This document shows, piece by piece, positions 1 through 12,617 of a DNA stretch of 64,000 nucleotides. The stretch comes from an uncultured Enterobacteriaceae bacterium (GTDB lineage: Bacteria; Myxococcota_A; UBA9042): positions 21,490 through 85,489 of the forward strand of contig CAYHHL010000002.1 in the NCBI GenBank assembly GCA_964356325.1, given 5' to 3'. Within the stretch, counting starts at the first letter, position 1. Every line of letters starts with the position of its first letter. Below the pieces are notes generated by a model, which saw only the letters and a program-made list of their open reading frames with translations, had not been told where the DNA came from and ran no database searches. A program made the position numbers and the translations under genes.

Positions 1-749
1 TAGATGAGACTAGCGACGATGGCCACGCCCAGCGGCAACACCTCGCGGCGGAAGCGGCTGAGCATGTCGCGCGACCAACTGAACTCCGGCGTGACCACCT
101 GCATCATCAGGCGAATCGTTTGGTACAGGCCCAAGCCGCTGGCAATCGTCATGGCCAAGGCGATGACGACCATAGCGATCGACTTCTCGGCGCCGTGCGG
201 ATCGGCCACGTGCATGAGCTGCAGCGCGCCGAACACCAGCACGAGTTGGGCCGCGGCGAAGAAACTGCCCGACCGGGCCTCGAGCTCCAGGCGCTGGATG
301 CCGCGAAACACCTGGCAGATCGCCTCGATGGACGACGCCGCCAGACTCGAAATGCCGCACAGGGCAATGGTGAAGGCGACCGCCGAGGCGTGGTGACGGG
401 GCACGAGTTCGAAACGGGCGTAGGGATCGACGAAATGCCACCAGGTCAGGGCCACCATCAGCACCAGGTAGACGCCGGCCAGCGCGGCCTTGATCGACAG
501 GACCTGGCCGATCAGGCGCGGTGGCGGCACGTCGGACCGGGCGATCTCGCGCGCGAGGAACAGGCCCAGGCCCATGTCCGTGATCTGCACGCACAACAGG
601 CCCACGGTCATCGCGTAGGTGTACTGGCCGTAGATCCTGGTGCCGAGCGCGCGCGCCACCATCGCCACGAGCAAGAGCCGCAGCCCCTTCTCGACGCCGA
701 TGCCTAGGGCTTTCCAGCCGATATTCTTGCGGATGCGTTGGGCGAACAC
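1..749 (-). CDS. Polysaccharide biosynthesis protein, Wzx/PST-family flippase-like. Partial: the C-terminus runs off the left window edge.
   Basis: Minus-strand translation from a GTG at about 749 reads VFAQRIRKNIGWKALGIGVEKGLRLLLVAMVARALGTRIYGQYTY... with multiple hydrophobic segments, typical of the Wzx/PST N-terminus. The track ORFs 10..594(-) and 4..396(+) are off-frame artefacts. Confidence 0.55.
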   Translation of the reverse strand, partial: MFAQRIRKNIGWKALGIGVEKGLRLLLVAMVARALGTRIYGQYTYAMTVGLLCVQITDMGLGLFLAREIARSDVPPPRLIGQVLSIKAALAGVYLVLMVALTWWHFVDPYARFELVPRHHASAVAFTIALCGISSLAASSIEAICQVFRGIQRLELEARSGSFFAAAQLVLVFGALQLMHVADPHGAEKSIAMVVIALAMTIASGLGLYQTIRLMMQVVTPEFSWSRDMLSRFRREVLPLGVAIVASLI

Positions 750-836
750 GGGGGATCTCGCGCGGCAGGGAGGCTCGACAGGCGCGGGATGCTACTCCTC
801 ACGGCGCGGGCCGCAACAGCGTAGCAAACGACGGCA

Positions 837-1616
837 CTATTCGCCGGCGAGCACGGCCGAGAAGGTGCGCACGAAGCAGACCAGGTCCAGCCACAGGGAA
901 AACCGGCGGACGTAGTGGACATCGTACTCGGTGCGGGTCTCGATCGAGACGTTGCCGCGCATGCCGTTGACCTGGGCCCAGCCCGAAAGGCCGGGGCGGA
1001 TGCTGTGGCGCATGTCGTAGTTCGGGATCTGCAGTCGGAAACGCGAAACGAACACGGGCCTTTCGGGGCGCGGGCCGATCCAGCTCATGTCGCCGCTCAA
1101 GACGTTGAGGATCTGCGGCAGTTCGTCCACGCTGGTGCGGCGCAGGATGCCGCCGACCCGGGTGACGCGGGTGTCCTGGCTGCGGGCCCAGCGCGGGCCA
1201 TGGCGCTCGGCGTCGGTGACCATCGAGCGGAACTTGAAGATCTCGAACAACTTGCCGTTCTTGCCGACGCGAACCTGGCGGTACAGCACCGGGCCGTCGC
1301 TGTCCAGCTTGATCGCAAGGCCGATGAGCAGCAGGAACGGCAGTCCCAACATCAGGCAGACCGCGGAAAAGCCGATGTCGAACGCGCGCTTGAGGAACAT
1401 CTGCACCGGCCTGTGCGGCGGACTCTCGGCGGGCGTTTCGTAGACGATGCCCTCGGCGGCCTCGCTGGCGGCGACCTGCTTGGAAGGACCGGCTTTGTCA
1501 TCCCAGGCCGAAGCGTCCACGCGCGCCGCCCCGTCGTCCCAATCCGTGGGCGCGGCGGGAACGGCCGGTTCGGCAGCCTGGGCGGCGCTAGAATTGTTGC
1601 TACGGGCATTGGCCAT
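837..1616 (-). CDS. Bacterial sugar transferase (polyprenyl-phosphate hexose-1-phosphate transferase, PglC/WbaP C-domain type)
   Basis: Contains ...KRAFDIGFSAVCLMLGLPFLLLIGLAIKLDSDGPVLYRQVRVGKNGKLFEIFKFRSM...DELPQILNVLSGDMSWIGPRP, matching the conserved bacterial sugar transferase domain. Confidence 0.8.
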   Translation of the reverse strand: MANARSNNSSAAQAAEPAVPAAPTDWDDGAARVDASAWDDKAGPSKQVAASEAAEGIVYETPAESPPHRPVQMFLKRAFDIGFSAVCLMLGLPFLLLIGLAIKLDSDGPVLYRQVRVGKNGKLFEIFKFRSMVTDAERHGPRWARSQDTRVTRVGGILRRTSVDELPQILNVLSGDMSWIGPRPERPVFVSRFRLQIPNYDMRHSIRPGLSGWAQVNGMRGNVSIETRTEYDVHYVRRFSLWLDLVCFVRTFSAVLAGE

Positions 1617-1637
1617 CGGTGGATCGCCTCGGGAAGT

Positions 1638-2879
1638 TCAGTTCGGCAGTCGTGGGTGCAGCGAGCGGGCTTCTTGGACGGCGGCGCGCATGCGCAGGAG
1701 AAAGGCCGCCCGATCGAAGCGCAGGGCGTTGGCGCGACAGGCCTCGGCCTTCAGGTCCAGACCAGCCAGACGTCGGATCGCCGTCGCGAGCGAATCCGCT
1801 GTCATTTCATGGAAGAACACACCAGTTTGGCCCTCGACGACGCTTTCGAGTGCGCCGCCTCGGCCGAATGCCACCACCGGCACGCCGGCGGCTTGGGCCT
1901 CCAACGGCACGATACCAAAGTCCTCCTCGCCCGGAAAGACGAGGCAGCGGGCGCCCGCGTACCACAGGCTCAGAGCCTCTTCGGCGACTCGCCCGACGAA
2001 GCGGACGTTGCCTGGGGCATGGCGCTGCAAACGCAACCGCTCCGGCCCGTCGCCCACGATGACCAGTTGCCGTTCAGGTAGTTGCCGGTACGCCTCGATG
2101 GCCAGGTCGACCCGCTTGTACGGCACCATTCCGCCGAGCACGAGATCGTAGTCGCGCCGAGCCAGATCGCTCTCCGGATCGGCCGCAACCCCCTGTTCGA
2201 GCACAACCCCCTGCATCCGATCGTATTCCACCGGCGGGGCCACCACGGTCGCGTCGCGGCCATAGAACTCTTTGATCTTGTTGGCGGTGTTCTGACTGTT
2301 GGCCACGAAGGCGTCGACGCGTCCGACCGTCTGCAGGTCCCAGCGCCGCAACCAGCCCGCCGCCGCCCGCAACGCCGGTTTCGCCAGGCGCAGGACCGGA
2401 TGGCTGCCGCGGACGTAATCGTCAGTGCGATCCCAGGCATAGCGAACCGGCGTGTGGCAGTAGCAGACGTGTACGGCGCCTGGCGCGACGATCACCGCCT
2501 TGGCGACGCAATGGCTCGACGACACGACCAGATCGTAGCCGGACAGGTCCAAGGACTCAATTGCGCTCGGGTACAGCGGCAGCAGCCAGCGATGGTGGCT
2601 GCGGGCCAGCGGCAGTCGATCGGCAAAACTGCTGACGTGACGCATGGCTTCGATGCGCGGGGTCGCCACGCCGGGCTCGCGCACCAAAGTGTGCACCGTC
2701 GCGTGCGGAAACAGCTCGCACAGCGCGTCGAGCACGCGTTCGCCGCCGCGCAAGGTCACGAGCCAGTCGTGTACCAGCGCCACGCGCAGACCCTGCCAGT
2801 CGTCACTGCGCGCGTCGTCACTGCGCACGTCGTCAGGCGGCGAATCCGGGCTGTGCTGGCGGTGCGAAGTGTCGAGCAT
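1638..2879 (-). CDS. Glycosyltransferase family 4 (GT-B fold)
   Basis: N-terminus LRVALVHDWL..GGERV is typical of GT4. The C-terminal region has the E-x7-E-like motif FPGEEDFGIVPLEAQAAGVPVVA. Confidence 0.8.
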   Translation of the reverse strand: MLDTSHRQHSPDSPPDDVRSDDARSDDWQGLRVALVHDWLVTLRGGERVLDALCELFPHATVHTLVREPGVATPRIEAMRHVSSFADRLPLARSHHRWLLPLYPSAIESLDLSGYDLVVSSSHCVAKAVIVAPGAVHVCYCHTPVRYAWDRTDDYVRGSHPVLRLAKPALRAAAGWLRRWDLQTVGRVDAFVANSQNTANKIKEFYGRDATVVAPPVEYDRMQGVVLEQGVAADPESDLARRDYDLVLGGMVPYKRVDLAIEAYRQLPERQLVIVGDGPERLRLQRHAPGNVRFVGRVAEEALSLWYAGARCLVFPGEEDFGIVPLEAQAAGVPVVAFGRGGALESVVEGQTGVFFHEMTADSLATAIRRLAGLDLKAEACRANALRFDRAAFLLRMRAAVQEARSLHPRLPN

Positions 2880-2903
2880 GGTCCTTCCCGGCTGCGAACG
2901 GCG

Positions 2904-4385
2904 TCAAGGTAATGGTTGCCCTGGCCCCGGCGCAACGGTGAAGTGCGCAAGTGCTGGCGCCACCGCACGTTCGTACAGGTCGGTCGCCAGCAGCCCGTCC
3001 GGGTCCAGCGTCTGGCGCAGGCGCGCGAACTGCTGCAACGCTTCGGGCGGGAACATCGCCGCCACGGTTTCGGGCTGCAGCGTCGCGTCCTTGGCGAAGT
3101 AGAACCTGCCGCCGGCCTGCACCACCAACCGCTCGATTTCGTGGCACATATCCCAAAGCCTGGCGCGATTTCCCGGCGTGACCGGAAAGTCCAGGGCGAG
3201 CGACCAGCCGTCCATCCCGTGCGTCATCAGGAACGGATCCGGGCGATGGCGCTTCATCACCGCCAGCCAGGAGGGCATGCCGCGCGCCTGGGTCAGTTCC
3301 AGGATCGCCCGGAACACGCGCAACCCCTCGGCATGCGGCACGAAGCTCTGGTGCTGGATGAGCCCGCCCGGCCGATAGATCCACTTCCAGTTCGGCACGT
3401 AATCGAGCAGGAAGTGGAACCCCGCGTGACTCTGGCGGTAACGCTTGCCGTGCTCCAGAAGCTTGCCGGACATGTACTTGGCGAGGTTGATCAGGCGCAT
3501 GCCTGGACCGTTGGCGAACGGCTTGAGCAGCGCCCACATCCACGACTTGGGAATGACGCCGAACAGACGCGACGGCAACTCCTGGCTGGCGACCTGCAGC
3601 GTGTGCGAAGCGTTGCGATCCATGTACTTGCCCAGCTGGTGACCGGTGTGCACCAGACCGCGGCCCAGGGACTTGCCGGTCGCGAAGCCGTCGATCCAGC
3701 CGACCGCGTAATCGCTCTTGGGCAGTTCCCGCTCGAAGATCGCCAGCATTTCCTGGAGGTTGGCCGCCGAGATCGCATGGATCTGCATCTGCCCCGAATA
3801 CACGCGCTTGAGGTGCAGATCGACCCGGGTGATGACCGCCAGCTCGCCGAAACCGCCGATGATCGCGTGGAAAAGCTCGGGCTCCGCAGTCCGCGAAAGT
3901 TCCAGCAGCCTGCCCTCGGGATGCTCGACGGTCGGCGGGGTCAGGACCTGCAACGCCTCGACGTGATCGCCGATCGTCCCGACTGCAAAGGCATTCTTGC
4001 CGTGGATGTTCATCGAGACCGCGCCGCCCAGGGTCGGCTCCATCGTTCCCGACACCACTGGCGGCCACCAGCCCTGCGGCAGCGCGCTTTGCCAGACCTG
4101 GCGCAGCGTGACGCCCGACTGGCAGCGCACCAAACCCGAGTTCGCGTCGAAGTCGAGGATCTGGTTGAACTGCGTGAGGTCGACGACCAGCTTGCCGGTG
4201 CCACAGGACGCGTCGCCATAGGAACAGCCTGAACCGCGCAAGACCACGCGCACGTTACGCTTTTTTGCTTCAACGAGCGCGGCGCGGATGCCGTCGATCG
4301 TCGTGGGCCGCAGCACCAGCGCCGGACCGCCGACCGCCATGCCCCAGCCCGAGACGTCTTGCGTCACCGCGAGGTCCGCGCTCAT
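2904..4385 (-). CDS. FAD-dependent oxidase of the DprE1 family (decaprenylphosphoryl-beta-D-ribose 2'-oxidase-like)
   Basis: VVLRGSGCSYGDAS and TLGGAVSMNIHGKN match DprE1 signatures. The C-terminus GGRFYFAKDATLQPETVAAMFP resembles the DprE1 tail. The internal start MSADL overlaps the upstream stop as ATGA. Confidence 0.8.
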   Translation of the reverse strand: MSADLAVTQDVSGWGMAVGGPALVLRPTTIDGIRAALVEAKKRNVRVVLRGSGCSYGDASCGTGKLVVDLTQFNQILDFDANSGLVRCQSGVTLRQVWQSALPQGWWPPVVSGTMEPTLGGAVSMNIHGKNAFAVGTIGDHVEALQVLTPPTVEHPEGRLLELSRTAEPELFHAIIGGFGELAVITRVDLHLKRVYSGQMQIHAISAANLQEMLAIFERELPKSDYAVGWIDGFATGKSLGRGLVHTGHQLGKYMDRNASHTLQVASQELPSRLFGVIPKSWMWALLKPFANGPGMRLINLAKYMSGKLLEHGKRYRQSHAGFHFLLDYVPNWKWIYRPGGLIQHQSFVPHAEGLRVFRAILELTQARGMPSWLAVMKRHRPDPFLMTHGMDGWSLALDFPVTPGNRARLWDMCHEIERLVVQAGGRFYFAKDATLQPETVAAMFPPEALQQFARLRQTLDPDGLLATDLYERAVAPALAHFTVAPGPGQPLP

Positions 4386-5122
4386 ATCGACAACTTCCTG
4401 AACAGGAACGAGGGTATCCACTGGACGATGGTCATGATCACGCGCCATCGCGCCGGCACGTACACGGTGTGAGAGCCGCATTCGATGGCGCGCGCGATGC
4501 GACGGGCGGCGAGATCGACCGGGTAAAGACCACCGGGCTTGGCTGGCGCGGCCCTGGCCATCGGCGTGTCGGTGGGTCCGGGCTTGACCGTGACGACGCG
4601 GATGCCGTGCACGGACAAGCGGTTGCGCAATGATTCCAGGAAAGTGTGCAGCGCGGCTTTGGACGCTCCGTAGGCGGGCGCGAGCCGGCGGCCGCGATCA
4701 CCGGCGACCGAGCCGATGCCGCAGATCGTGCCGTGACCTTGGCGCAGGAAATCCGTGGCGGCGCAATCGAGCCAGGCCATGGCGCCGATGACATTGGTTT
4801 CGATGATCGCGCGGTCCTTGACGATGTCGAACTCGTCGGCGGCGATCGTAGGCATGATTCCGGAAGCGTAGACGATCGTGTCGATCCCGCCCATCGCTTC
4901 CCAAAGACTGCGCCAGGCGGCCAGGACATCGGCATCGCGTGTCGCATCACAGGCTTGCACGACGGCGCGGCCCCCCTTGGCGGTCACGGCTGCGGCTGTA
5001 GCTTCCAAGGCGTCCTGGCGGCGGGCGACCAGGCCGATCGTGCGACCCGCGCGCGCCATTTCGACGGCCAGGGCAGCGCCGATGCCCGACGATGCGCCTA
5101 CGATGAGGATTCGCTCTGACAT
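4382..5122 (-). CDS. Short-chain dehydrogenase of the DprE2 family (decaprenylphosphoryl-2-keto-ribose reductase-like)
   Basis: MSERILIVGASSGIGAALA is a Rossmann TGxxxGxG-type N-terminus. The C-terminal tail ...IVQWIPSFLFRKLSI is nearly identical to the M. tuberculosis DprE2 tail ...RHIPRSIFRKLPI. The gene is translationally coupled to the DprE1-like gene. Confidence 0.8.
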   Translation of the reverse strand: MSERILIVGASSGIGAALAVEMARAGRTIGLVARRQDALEATAAAVTAKGGRAVVQACDATRDADVLAAWRSLWEAMGGIDTIVYASGIMPTIAADEFDIVKDRAIIETNVIGAMAWLDCAATDFLRQGHGTICGIGSVAGDRGRRLAPAYGASKAALHTFLESLRNRLSVHGIRVVTVKPGPTDTPMARAAPAKPGGLYPVDLAARRIARAIECGSHTVYVPARWRVIMTIVQWIPSFLFRKLSI

Positions 5123-5388
5123 CAAGGACCTCGAACGCGCGGTGCGGGACCGGCTCGGCGCAGTATGGTAGGCGCACCCGGCCGCGCGGGCAAGCCATTG
5201 ACGCTTCGAGGCCAAACGGACGGATCCGAGCGGTGCGCCGCAAGTTGCGCGCCATGCCGAACCATGGCAGGCTCCGCGCCCGCTCGGTTCCGGACCCCCT
5301 TTGCGGTCCGCGACCTTGCAGTTCAAACCCCTGAGTTGACAGACGTTTCGTCGACCAGACGATCCCTTCGACACGGAGCCCGAGCGCG

Positions 5389-7536
<2,148 letters not shown>

Positions 7537-7542
7537 GCGCCG

Positions 7543-9252
7543 ATGCTGGCCGCGCCCCGCCAGTCGCTCGTCGGAGGACGGTGGCAAGCTGGCCTCCTGA
7601 CGCTGCTGACGGTGGGCTACGCGTACCTGTTCCCCTGGTCCGAGCCGACCAACAATCCCAACGAAAACGTGCGCCTCTACATGACTCGGGCCATCGCCGA
7701 GCAGGGCACCTACGCGATTGGCCAGCGCACGCGTCTGCCGACCGGCGGCTATGTCGATCGCGGGCCGGTGTACGACAGTTGGGGCTACGTCAACGACAAG
7801 GCGCTGACGTGCGACGATGGTGGCAAAGCCCCTGATTGTACGGGGCGATTGTACGCGGGCAAAGCGCCGGGCCTCTCGTTGCTGGGCGTGCCTCCGCTGC
7901 TGGCGTTGAACAAGGCGTTCCAGGTCGTCAAGCACGCGCCGCCGTCCAAGGCCTTGATAGTCTGGTGGTTGCGCTTCTGGTGCGTAGTGCTGCCGACCGT
8001 TCTCGGGTTGTGGTGGCTCGCCCGGCACCTGACGCGGACGCTGACCCGGCCGCGGCTGGGCATCGCTGTCGTGCTGGTCGCGGCTTTCGGTTCGTTGTCG
8101 CTGACTTATGGGCAGATGTTCGCCGGCCACCAGACGTCGGGCCTGGCGCTGCTGTGGTGTTTCGCCGCCATCGTTCGGGCTGATCGGCAACCGCGCGGCT
8201 GGCTGATCGTTCAAGCCGGGTTTGCCGCGGCGCTGGCGGCGCTCGTCGAGTTTCCCGCCGGTCCTGCCGCCGTGGTCCTGTTGGGTTGGCTGCTGCTCCG
8301 GCGCAAACGCTGGCAGGATCTGGGCTGGTTGACGCTGGGCGCCGCCCTGCCCAGCGCGGCTCTCGCGCATTTCGACGCGGTGGCGTTCGGCGCGCCCTGG
8401 CACCTGCCCTACGGCCATTTGGAAAACGCCGGTTTCGTGCAGGACATCGCCCCCGGCCTGTTCGGCATCTCGTTTCCCAACCTGGCGAAGACCTCGGGAT
8501 CCTTGCTTTCTCCCTACACGGGCCTGTACTTCTGGGCGCCGTGGATGGTCCTGGCATGGCTCGGCTTCCTGGCGATCCGCAAGCCGGCGCTTGGCCAACC
8601 CGGGCAGCCGGATCGGCGTGGCGAGGCCCTGGTCGCCTCGCTGGTTTGCTTGTATTTCCTGTACTTCCAGTGCTCGCACAGCTTGTGGCGCGGCGGCTGG
8701 GTGGTCGGGCCGCGCTACATCACCGCGATGGTGCCGTTCGCAGCGATCGCGGTTGGCCACGGCGTGGATTCCCTGTCGCCGCGCGCGTTTCGGCTCGCGT
8801 CCCTGACCCTGGCGGTCACGGGCACGGTGGCGATGGTGGTGACCGGCCTGGCGAGCGTCGTCTCCCAGGGCTTTCCGTTCGAGATCTACAACCCGCTGCC
8901 CGAAGTCGTCGGCCCGCTTCTGCGCAACGGCTGGGTCGTCAACAACCCCCTGATGCATATCGGGATTCCGGGGCCGTGGAGTGCCCTGCCCTGGTTCCTG
9001 GCGTTGGCGATCGCGATCGTGTGGGTGGTGCTGCTTCTCGAACCGGAGCCATTGCGGCGCGAGCGCTGGCCGTTGCGCCTGTCTGGCGTCCTGTTCGTGC
9101 TGGCTTTGACAGCCTTGGGCGTGGCGGGGCTGTGGAAGGTCGGTCCGGGGCGATCGGCGCACACCGACAAGACCTTGCATTTCCTCATGACCGTGTGGAC
9201 GCCGGCGAATCCGCCCGGTGCGCGCGTGCCCAAGGACCTGCCGCCGCTATAA
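7543..9252 (+). CDS. GT-C fold membrane glycosyltransferase, ArnT/PMT (GT83/GT39)-like
   Basis: About 12 predicted TM segments. The first periplasmic loop reads ..WSEPTNNPNENVRLYMTRAIAEQG.., resembling the ArnT/PMT 'DExRYAEIAREM' region with N in place of D. The gene starts 6 nt after the hppA stop. Confidence 0.55.
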   Translation: MLAAPRQSLVGGRWQAGLLTLLTVGYAYLFPWSEPTNNPNENVRLYMTRAIAEQGTYAIGQRTRLPTGGYVDRGPVYDSWGYVNDKALTCDDGGKAPDCTGRLYAGKAPGLSLLGVPPLLALNKAFQVVKHAPPSKALIVWWLRFWCVVLPTVLGLWWLARHLTRTLTRPRLGIAVVLVAAFGSLSLTYGQMFAGHQTSGLALLWCFAAIVRADRQPRGWLIVQAGFAAALAALVEFPAGPAAVVLLGWLLLRRKRWQDLGWLTLGAALPSAALAHFDAVAFGAPWHLPYGHLENAGFVQDIAPGLFGISFPNLAKTSGSLLSPYTGLYFWAPWMVLAWLGFLAIRKPALGQPGQPDRRGEALVASLVCLYFLYFQCSHSLWRGGWVVGPRYITAMVPFAAIAVGHGVDSLSPRAFRLASLTLAVTGTVAMVVTGLASVVSQGFPFEIYNPLPEVVGPLLRNGWVVNNPLMHIGIPGPWSALPWFLALAIAIVWVVLLLEPEPLRRERWPLRLSGVLFVLALTALGVAGLWKVGPGRSAHTDKTLHFLMTVWTPANPPGARVPKDLPPL

Positions 9253-10272
9253 ACTCTGCCGCCAGACCGCCGACATCCGCCGCAGACTCGCTTCGATGCG
9301 CCAGTCGATGTTCAGGTGCCCGCCATCGAACTCCTCGACTTCACAAGCTATCCCCAGTTCACGCAGCCGACTCGCCACACGCCTGTGGCCGACGTCGAGG
9401 CACCACTCGTCGCTCGTTCCGGCATCCAGGAACAGCAGCTTCAGGGACCGCAGCGCTTCGACGTGATGTTCAGCCATGTGCAGGGGATCACAGGCGAGCC
9501 AGCGTTGCCAGACCTCGTGCCGAAACGCGCCGGTCTCCAGATCGATGGGCAGATCCGCATGGATCTCCGCTATGTCCAGGTTGGGCGAGTAGCACTGCGC
9601 GTAACACAGCACCATCAGCGCGGTCAGGTCCTGGGAGGCCTTCTGGCGCTTGGCCTCGAACTGACGCACGAACGCCGCGGGCCCCCCCGCCTTGCGGAAC
9701 GCCTGGAACGCCTTGCCGAGATCGGCGGCCATCGTCAGCTCGAAGTGGCAATCGCCCGCGGTCGAGCACACCAGACCGAACACTTCCGGGCGGGTCATGC
9801 CGAGCACCAGCGCGCCGTAACCTCCTGAACTCTTGCCCATCACCCCGCGGTGTTCGCGATCGGGCCGGGTGCGAAACGCGGCGTCCACCGCTGCAACCAG
9901 TTCATCGCACACGTGATCCGCCCACTGCCCCGTCGCCGGCGAGTTGCGGTACTGCGTGCCTCCCATGGCCGTGAAGCAATTCGGGAAGGCGACGATCGTC
10001 GGTTCCAGCTCGCCCGACGTCATCAACCGATCGAATTGCCCGGCCAGCGGTTCCTCCCACGCCTTTTCGGCGCCCAACTTCATGCCGCCCCAACCGCTCC
10101 AGCCGGCGAGATAAAACGCCACGGGAAAGCGACGTTGCCGATCGGTGGCGTACTGGGGTGGCACGTACACCGGCAGCATGCGCAGGCAGGACGCGCCGGC
10201 CAGGTTGCCGCGCAGGAGTTTGCTGTCGACCTGAATCTGCTGGTACGGCAAGTAGTTGCTCGGCTCGGTCAT
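9247..10272 (-). CDS. Putative esterase, alpha/beta-hydrolase (esterase D/enterochelin-esterase-like)
   Basis: Contains a GKSSGG nucleophile elbow (GxSxG). Start MTEPSNYLPYQ is preceded by GGGGAGA. The track ORF is N-terminally over-extended. Confidence 0.7.
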   Translation of the reverse strand: MTEPSNYLPYQQIQVDSKLLRGNLAGASCLRMLPVYVPPQYATDRQRRFPVAFYLAGWSGWGGMKLGAEKAWEEPLAGQFDRLMTSGELEPTIVAFPNCFTAMGGTQYRNSPATGQWADHVCDELVAAVDAAFRTRPDREHRGVMGKSSGGYGALVLGMTRPEVFGLVCSTAGDCHFELTMAADLGKAFQAFRKAGGPAAFVRQFEAKRQKASQDLTALMVLCYAQCYSPNLDIAEIHADLPIDLETGAFRHEVWQRWLACDPLHMAEHHVEALRSLKLLFLDAGTSDEWCLDVGHRRVASRLRELGIACEVEEFDGGHLNIDWRIEASLRRMSAVWRQSL

Positions 10273-10590
10273 CGAATCTCCCCTGGTCGCGAATCCGCCA
10301 AGCGCAAGGTTGGCACAGCTCGTGCACCTCCAGCAATCGTGCCATCGGCACGGGCCGGAGCTGAGCGCTCGCGATTTGCTGCAGATTTCTTGCCCTTTGC
10401 GCAAGTCCTGTTACAAGGCGGGCGATTGGCTCGCCTCGACCGTAGCCGTGGCCAAGCGCGCACGGCAAAGCGACACGAGCCGTGACCGGAGCAGCCATGC
10501 TCCACTGGAGTAGCCCTACTCCACCCATGTGGCCACCTGCCACGAGACTTGCCCGGCCAGCGTACCAAGACGCCGCCGCACCTGGACGCC

Positions 10591-11862
10591 ATGCCGAAGA
10601 TTCGCGTGTGCGACATCAACGACTTCTTCTGCCTCACGGGCGGTGGTGTTCGGCGCTATCACCTGGAGAAGTTGCGGTATATGTCGCGGCGCGATGACGT
10701 CGAATACCACTTGCTGTTGCCCAGCGATCACGCCGGCATCGAAGTCCACGGCAACGCGCGCATCCACCACGTGCCGGCGCTGCCCCTGGGTCGATCGGGC
10801 TACCGGTTGATGTGGAATCCCTTGCGGTTGCGCAAGATCCTCCGGCAGATCCGCCCCAACGTCGTCGAAGTCGGCAGCCCGTACAACACCCCGGATTGGG
10901 TACGCTTTGCCTTGCGCGGGCTGTCCTGCCAGGTGGTCGGCTTCTGGCACGCCAACTACCCGGTCACCGATGTCGGCCGCTCGATGGGCACGATCAGCCG
11001 CAAGCTGGGCCAGTGGGGCGAGAAAGCCGCGTGGTGGTGGGCACGGCGCACGTTCGGAGCGTTTTCCGCGACGATGGCGGCGACGCACGTGATGGTCGAT
11101 CTGCTCGGCAAGAACGGCGTCGACAACGTCGTGCACACGCCGCTGGGCGTCGACACGCAGATGTTCCACCCGCGCCACCGCGACGCCGAACTGCGCAAGA
11201 GTTGGGGCGCGGGACCCGACGACGTGGTGATGTGCTACCCGAACCGGCTGAGCGAAGAGAAGAACTTCCGCCCGCTGCTCGAAGCCTACGAGCGGCTGCG
11301 CGCGACGACCGACGTCAAGCCGATCCTGGTGGTGGCGGGCCACGGTCCGGGCGTCGAAGAAGTGCGCGCGCTGGCGGCGAAGTACCCGGAAGTGCACTAC
11401 GTTGGCTTCCTGGACAAGCCGCGTGACATGGCCAGGCTGCTCGCGTCGACCGACGTGGTGGCGGTGCTGTGTCCTTACGAGACGTTCGGTCTGGCCGCGG
11501 TCGAGGCGATGGCGAGCGGCGCGGCGTTGCTGGGCTCGGCGCACATGAGCATCGGCGAACTGCTGCAGACCTGTCGGTGCGGCATCGCGCTGGAGCAGAC
11601 GACCGCCGAAACCGTAGCGGGTGCGTGGTTGGAACTGATGAAGCCCGGTCGAGCGGCGCTGCTCGGGGCGCGCGGTCATGCCGAGGCGGGCCAGCGCTAT
11701 AGCTGGAAGGACACCTTCGCCCGAATCGTCGCGGTGTACGAGCAGGTGCTCGCCCGCGCCAGGTCTCAGAACAGCCCGCAACCAGAGACGATCGCGGGCT
11801 TGCTGGGGGAAGAGCAAACGCCTCTGCCCGTGCGGCCGGGGCGCTTGAAGGGCATGTTGTAG
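10591..11862 (+). CDS. Glycosyltransferase family 4
   Basis: Starts MPKIRVCDINDFF with GGVRRY, a GT4 N-terminus. The C-domain has the EAMASGAALLGS donor-binding region. Confidence 0.75.
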   Translation: MPKIRVCDINDFFCLTGGGVRRYHLEKLRYMSRRDDVEYHLLLPSDHAGIEVHGNARIHHVPALPLGRSGYRLMWNPLRLRKILRQIRPNVVEVGSPYNTPDWVRFALRGLSCQVVGFWHANYPVTDVGRSMGTISRKLGQWGEKAAWWWARRTFGAFSATMAATHVMVDLLGKNGVDNVVHTPLGVDTQMFHPRHRDAELRKSWGAGPDDVVMCYPNRLSEEKNFRPLLEAYERLRATTDVKPILVVAGHGPGVEEVRALAAKYPEVHYVGFLDKPRDMARLLASTDVVAVLCPYETFGLAAVEAMASGAALLGSAHMSIGELLQTCRCGIALEQTTAETVAGAWLELMKPGRAALLGARGHAEAGQRYSWKDTFARIVAVYEQVLARARSQNSPQPETIAGLLGEEQTPLPVRPGRLKGML

Positions 11863-11927
11863 CGACTGGTTCGCGAGCGTTGGACCAACTCTTCTGAATG
11901 ACAGGAGTTATTGTTCCTCCCTAGGAT

Positions 11928-11962
11928 TTGACACCTCGGCGGTAACCTTTACACTACCGCCG
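11928..11962 (+). promoter_or_regulatory. Candidate sigma-70-type promoter (TTGACA, 17-nt spacer, TACACT) upstream of the Cys-rich lipoprotein gene
   Basis: An AT-richer intergenic island reads ggatTTGACAcctcggcggtaaccttTACACTacc, about 100 nt before the ATG at 12069. Confidence 0.25.
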
Positions 11963-12068
11963 CTTTCCGCACGAACCCCCACCGGTTCCGTGCACAGGCG
12001 ACGCGCATTGGGCGCGGATCGCCGCAACCACTTGCCCAGGTCAACCCTGGGCGCGAGGAAATCTACAC

Positions 12069-12617
12069 ATGAAGAAGTTCCAAAGCCTGCTCGCGCTCGC
12101 GGCCGTTGCCATCCTGGCCGTAGCTTGCGACGACGCTGCGAAGTCCTCCGGTACGCCGACCCCCACCACTGACACCGTCAGCGGCGACATCGCTGCTGCC
12201 GATGTTCCGACCACCGCCGATGTGCCCGCCGATGTGGCCGCCGCGGCGACCGGCTGCACCGCTGCCGCGGATATGGCCTACCTCGGCGGTCTCGCCAAGG
12301 ATCAGGCGGCTGCCGACAAGTTCCAGGACGACATCAAGGGCTGCCTGCTCGGCAAGGGCGCTTCCAAGCCGGACCAGAAGAGCGGCTCCGAGGCCATCGG
12401 CACCTGCGTAGTCGTCGACAAGAAGTACCCCATCACCGAGACCTGCGCCACCTGCTACGGCATCCGCGCCTACTGCGCGTTCAAGAACTGCGTGGCCAAC
12501 CCCGCCGAGGCGCCGACCGCCAAGTGCCTGGACGCGCCGGGTGGCGTTCCGTGCATCGACTGCCAGACCAAGTACAAGTGCATCGAGGCTTCCGAAAGCT
12601 GCAAGGCCGGCAAGTAG
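12069..12617 (+). CDS. Cys-rich secreted lipoprotein, function unknown
   Basis: Signal peptide MKKFQSLLALAAVAILAVAC is lipobox-like. A Thr/Pro/Ala linker precedes a C-terminal domain with about 10 Cys (TCATCYGIRAYCAFKNC...CLDAPGGVPCIDCQTKYKC). Confidence 0.6.
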   Translation: MKKFQSLLALAAVAILAVACDDAAKSSGTPTPTTDTVSGDIAAADVPTTADVPADVAAAATGCTAAADMAYLGGLAKDQAAADKFQDDIKGCLLGKGASKPDQKSGSEAIGTCVVVDKKYPITETCATCYGIRAYCAFKNCVANPAEAPTAKCLDAPGGVPCIDCQTKYKCIEASESCKAGK